Of a stretch of DNA of 41,660 nucleotides, positions 38,938 to 41,660 are shown in pieces (positions within the stretch are counted from its first letter, which is position 1; every line of letters begins with the position of its first letter). The notes under the pieces were generated by a model. That model had not been told where the DNA came from. It saw nothing but the letters and a program-made list of their open reading frames with translations, and made no database searches. The translations under genes were made by a program, and so were the position numbers. The DNA comes from an uncultured Candidatus Saccharibacteria bacterium (lineage in GTDB: Bacteria; Patescibacteriota; WWE3; UBA101185; UBA10185), in NCBI GenBank assembly GCA_964563965.1, contig CAZLZI010000001.1:1-41660 (forward strand), in the 5' to 3' direction.

Positions 38938-41660
38938 ATGTTCAAGGAAATAGACGCTTTAAATAACTTTGCAAAACAAGAAGAGGCCACAAGTAAGTTT
39001 TGGCAACAAGAGAGAATATTTGAAAAGTCGGTAACACAAAGATCAGAAGACAACCTTTATGTTTTTTATGACGGGCCTCCCTTTATTTCAGGGCTTCCTC
39101 ACTATGGTCATTTACTAGTCTCGATAGCCAAAGACATTATTCCCAGATATTGGACCATGAAAGGCAAAAGAGTTGAACGCATTTGGGGTTGGGATGCTCA
39201 CGGATTAACAGTTGAGAACAAAGTGCAGAAGAAGTTAGGTATTAAAAACAGAAGAGATATTGAAAAATTCGGCTTGTCGAAATTTACCCAAGAATGCTAT
39301 GTCTACACCTCCGAAACCTCGGCTGAATGGAACTGGTACATAGAAAAGATCGGCAGATGGGTCGATATGGCAAACGCATATAAGACAATTGATCAAAATT
39401 ATATGGAATCTGTAATGTGGGCCTTTAAACAAATTTATGATAAAGGTCTTATATATCAAGGTGTCAGGACTTCAATGTACTGTACAACTTGTGGAACACC
39501 GGTCTCGAACTTTGAGGTAGCTATGGATAATACCTATAAAGAAGTAGAGGATCCTGCAGTAACCATTAAGTTTAAGATCTCCTCTGCTGGCAACTTAAAA
39601 GATAACTATCTCTTAGCATGGACAACAACACCATGGACACTCCCCTCCAATAGAGCGCTTGTTGTCAACGCAAACGAAGTATATGTGGTTGTTGATTACA
39701 ATGCAGAACACTACATCTGTGCAAAGAATAGATACGCCGAAGTATTTAAAGACAAAGAACCAGCAAAGGTAATAAAAGAAGTGCAAGGTAAAGACTTAGT
39801 AGGTCTTACATATATCCCTCTTTTTAGTTTCTATAAATCAGACGCTACGAAAGACTTTAGGGTATATGAATACGAAGGTATGGTGAGTGCTGACGAAGGA
39901 ACAGGCATAGTGCACTCTGCTCCAGGCTTTGGCGCTGTTGATACGGAAATGGGTTATCATTATGGACTTGAGATCATGTTAAAAATAGATGATGAAGGCA
40001 AGTTTATTGCAGGTAACAATGGAGATAATCCCTATCAAGGCATTTACTATTCAAAAGCCAACGAACTCATAATGACTGATCTAAAAAGACATGATGCAGT
40101 ATTTAAAGAAGAGTCCATTCTTCACAGATTTCCTTATCATGATCGGTGTAATACATTGTTAATCCAAAGAGCTCAAAATTCATGGTTTATAAACGTTAAG
40201 AAAATAAAAGATCAATTACATGAAAACAATGAAGCAATTAACTGGGTTCCTGCAGGTGTTAAATACGGACGATTTAAACAAGGTATTGAACAAGCCCCAG
40301 ATTGGTGTATTTCAAGAAGCAGGTTTTGGGCAACCCCAATACCAGTATGGATGTCCGAAGACGGGGACATCCATGTTATAGAGTCTATTAAAGAGTTGGA
40401 AGAACTCTCAGGTAAAAAAGTAGAAAATCTACACCGACCATACATCGATGAAATCACCTTTGACAAAGATGGGAAGAAATATACAAGAATACCGGAGGTA
40501 TTAGATTCATGGTTTGAAGCTGCCTCCATGCCGTACGCTCAAATTCATTATCCTTTTGAAAATAAAGAGAAGTTTGAGAAAAACTTTCCTGGAGATTACA
40601 TAGTGGAATACGTTGCGCAAACAAGAGCGTGGTTTTATGTTATGCACGTTGTATCAACAATAATCTCAAATACTAATTCATTCAAAAACTCTATCTCAAC
40701 AGGAACACTTGCTGGCAACGATGGGAGAAAGATGAGCAAGACGTATGGTAATTTTACTGATCCTAAAGAAGTGCTTGAAACTATAGGCGGAGATGCACTT
40801 AGACTCTACTTTATGGCCTCCCCTCTTATGGCTGGAGAGAGTACGAATTTTGATATTATTGAAATAAAGAATAAATCAAAGAAAGTCCTCAACCCACTAT
40901 GGAATACACTCCGCTATTTTGTGACTTATGCTAATGCAAATAACTTTAAGCCAGAAGACATAGTTAAGAGTACACATGTGTTAGATATTTGGATAACAAC
41001 CAGATTGAATGAAACCAAAAAGATCTTTGAAGAAAGTATACAAGGCTATCAAACGGTACCAGCAACTCTTGCTGTGGAAGAGTTTATAGATGATCTGTCT
41101 CGCTGGTATGTACGAAGATCAAGAGACAGGATTTCTACTGGAGATAAAGAGGCTTTATCAACACTTTATGAGGTACTTTTGGATTTATCAAAAACAGCAG
41201 CACCACTCATACCATTTATTACAGAAGAGGTATTCAAAGTATTAAATCAAGACAAAAATAAACAGTCAGTTCACTTAGAACTGTTTCCAACTTGGAGGCA
41301 AGAAATAACGCAAGAAGAAAGGAATGTACTTGAACAAATGAAGCTGGCAAGAGATGTTGCAACACTAGGAAATAGCATCAGAATGACATCCCAAGCTTCT
41401 GTCAAGCAACCTTTACAAGCAATATTTGTAAAAGGTTGTAATACACTCACAAACACTGAAATAGTAAATCTAATAAAAGATGAGCTGAATGTTAAAGAGG
41501 TTATACTAATAGACAATCTACCTACTAAAACACACCTAAGTGAAACTGTTACTGCAGGAAGCATAACTTGTGTCATGGATTTATCAGTTACAGAGGAGTT
41601 GAGACTTGAGGGTGTGGCTCGAGAATTAGTTAGAAGAATTCAAGATCTAAGAAAAGAGAA
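38938..41660 (+). CDS. ileS: isoleucyl-tRNA synthetase, type 2 (eukaryote-like), 3' end outside the window
   Basis: Open frame to the window end. FYDGPPFISGLPHYGHLL (HIGH region), WCISRSRFWATPIPVW and KMSKTYGN (KMSKS). Confidence 0.95.
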   Translation, partial: MFKEIDALNNFAKQEEATSKFWQQERIFEKSVTQRSEDNLYVFYDGPPFISGLPHYGHLLVSIAKDIIPRYWTMKGKRVERIWGWDAHGLTVENKVQKKLGIKNRRDIEKFGLSKFTQECYVYTSETSAEWNWYIEKIGRWVDMANAYKTIDQNYMESVMWAFKQIYDKGLIYQGVRTSMYCTTCGTPVSNFEVAMDNTYKEVEDPAVTIKFKISSAGNLKDNYLLAWTTTPWTLPSNRALVVNANEVYVVVDYNAEHYICAKNRYAEVFKDKEPAKVIKEVQGKDLVGLTYIPLFSFYKSDATKDFRVYEYEGMVSADEGTGIVHSAPGFGAVDTEMGYHYGLEIMLKIDDEGKFIAGNNGDNPYQGIYYSKANELIMTDLKRHDAVFKEESILHRFPYHDRCNTLLIQRAQNSWFINVKKIKDQLHENNEAINWVPAGVKYGRFKQGIEQAPDWCISRSRFWATPIPVWMSEDGDIHVIESIKELEELSGKKVENLHRPYIDEITFDKDGKKYTRIPEVLDSWFEAASMPYAQIHYPFENKEKFEKNFPGDYIVEYVAQTRAWFYVMHVVSTIISNTNSFKNSISTGTLAGNDGRKMSKTYGNFTDPKEVLETIGGDALRLYFMASPLMAGESTNFDIIEIKNKSKKVLNPLWNTLRYFVTYANANNFKPEDIVKSTHVLDIWITTRLNETKKIFEESIQGYQTVPATLAVEEFIDDLSRWYVRRSRDRISTGDKEALSTLYEVLLDLSKTAAPLIPFITEEVFKVLNQDKNKQSVHLELFPTWRQEITQEERNVLEQMKLARDVATLGNSIRMTSQASVKQPLQAIFVKGCNTLTNTEIVNLIKDELNVKEVILIDNLPTKTHLSETVTAGSITCVMDLSVTEELRLEGVARELVRRIQDLRKE

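Noticed and set aside
39235-41576. Antisense ORFs within ileS (39235-39459, 40212-40529, 41271-41576), and similar ones within sufS/sufB/sufC, sulP, prs and others
   Set aside because: They lie opposite strongly supported conserved genes and have no motifs or start signals.

Overview
AT-rich bacterial chromosomal segment read with the standard code. TGA acts as a stop: the sufS TGA overlaps the sufU ATG at 1496-1499.

Layout:
(1) 1-10.7 kb: tRNA-Ile(UAU), then a minus-strand Fe-S operon (ArsR-type regulator, sufC, intein-containing sufB, short sufD, sufS, sufU, DUF1858, ferredoxin, hpf). A 1288-aa Cys-rich secreted protein follows.
(2) 11.7-17.3 kb: tRNA-Asn, followed by six same-strand copies of a ~30-40 bp intergenic repeat. 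The repeats cut the region into single-transcription-unit cassettes: PolyA_pol-like NTase, CPBP/Abi protease, membrane protein, HepT/MntA toxin-antitoxin, NUDIX, COG1373 AAA ATPase, GNAT. The repeat resembles the 3' end of the tRNA-Asn. This is my top candidate for something undescribed: an integron-like cassette array without attC-type hairpins and with no recombinase in the window.
(3) 17.3-41.7 kb: a mix of accessory and housekeeping genes. These include HIT, two Excalibur-domain proteins (one a membrane-anchored SNase), a GH26-like/GT2-LysM pair, metallophosphoesterases, a P-loop kinase plus histidine phosphatase, an ATL protein, SulP, an AsnRS-like paralog, cyclophilin, prs, an ECF sigma module and a 3'-truncated type-2 ileS.

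Window-wide observation: at least 21 first-in-unit genes have a -10 hexamer (often TGn-extended) ending exactly 6 nt before the start codon. That implies mostly leaderless mRNAs; internal operon genes use GGAGG-type SD sites instead. This geometry was used to revise several starts.

The gene content and style would fit a small-genome, possibly CPR/Patescibacteria-like organism, but that is inference only. All homology calls come from motif recognition by eye; no searches were run.
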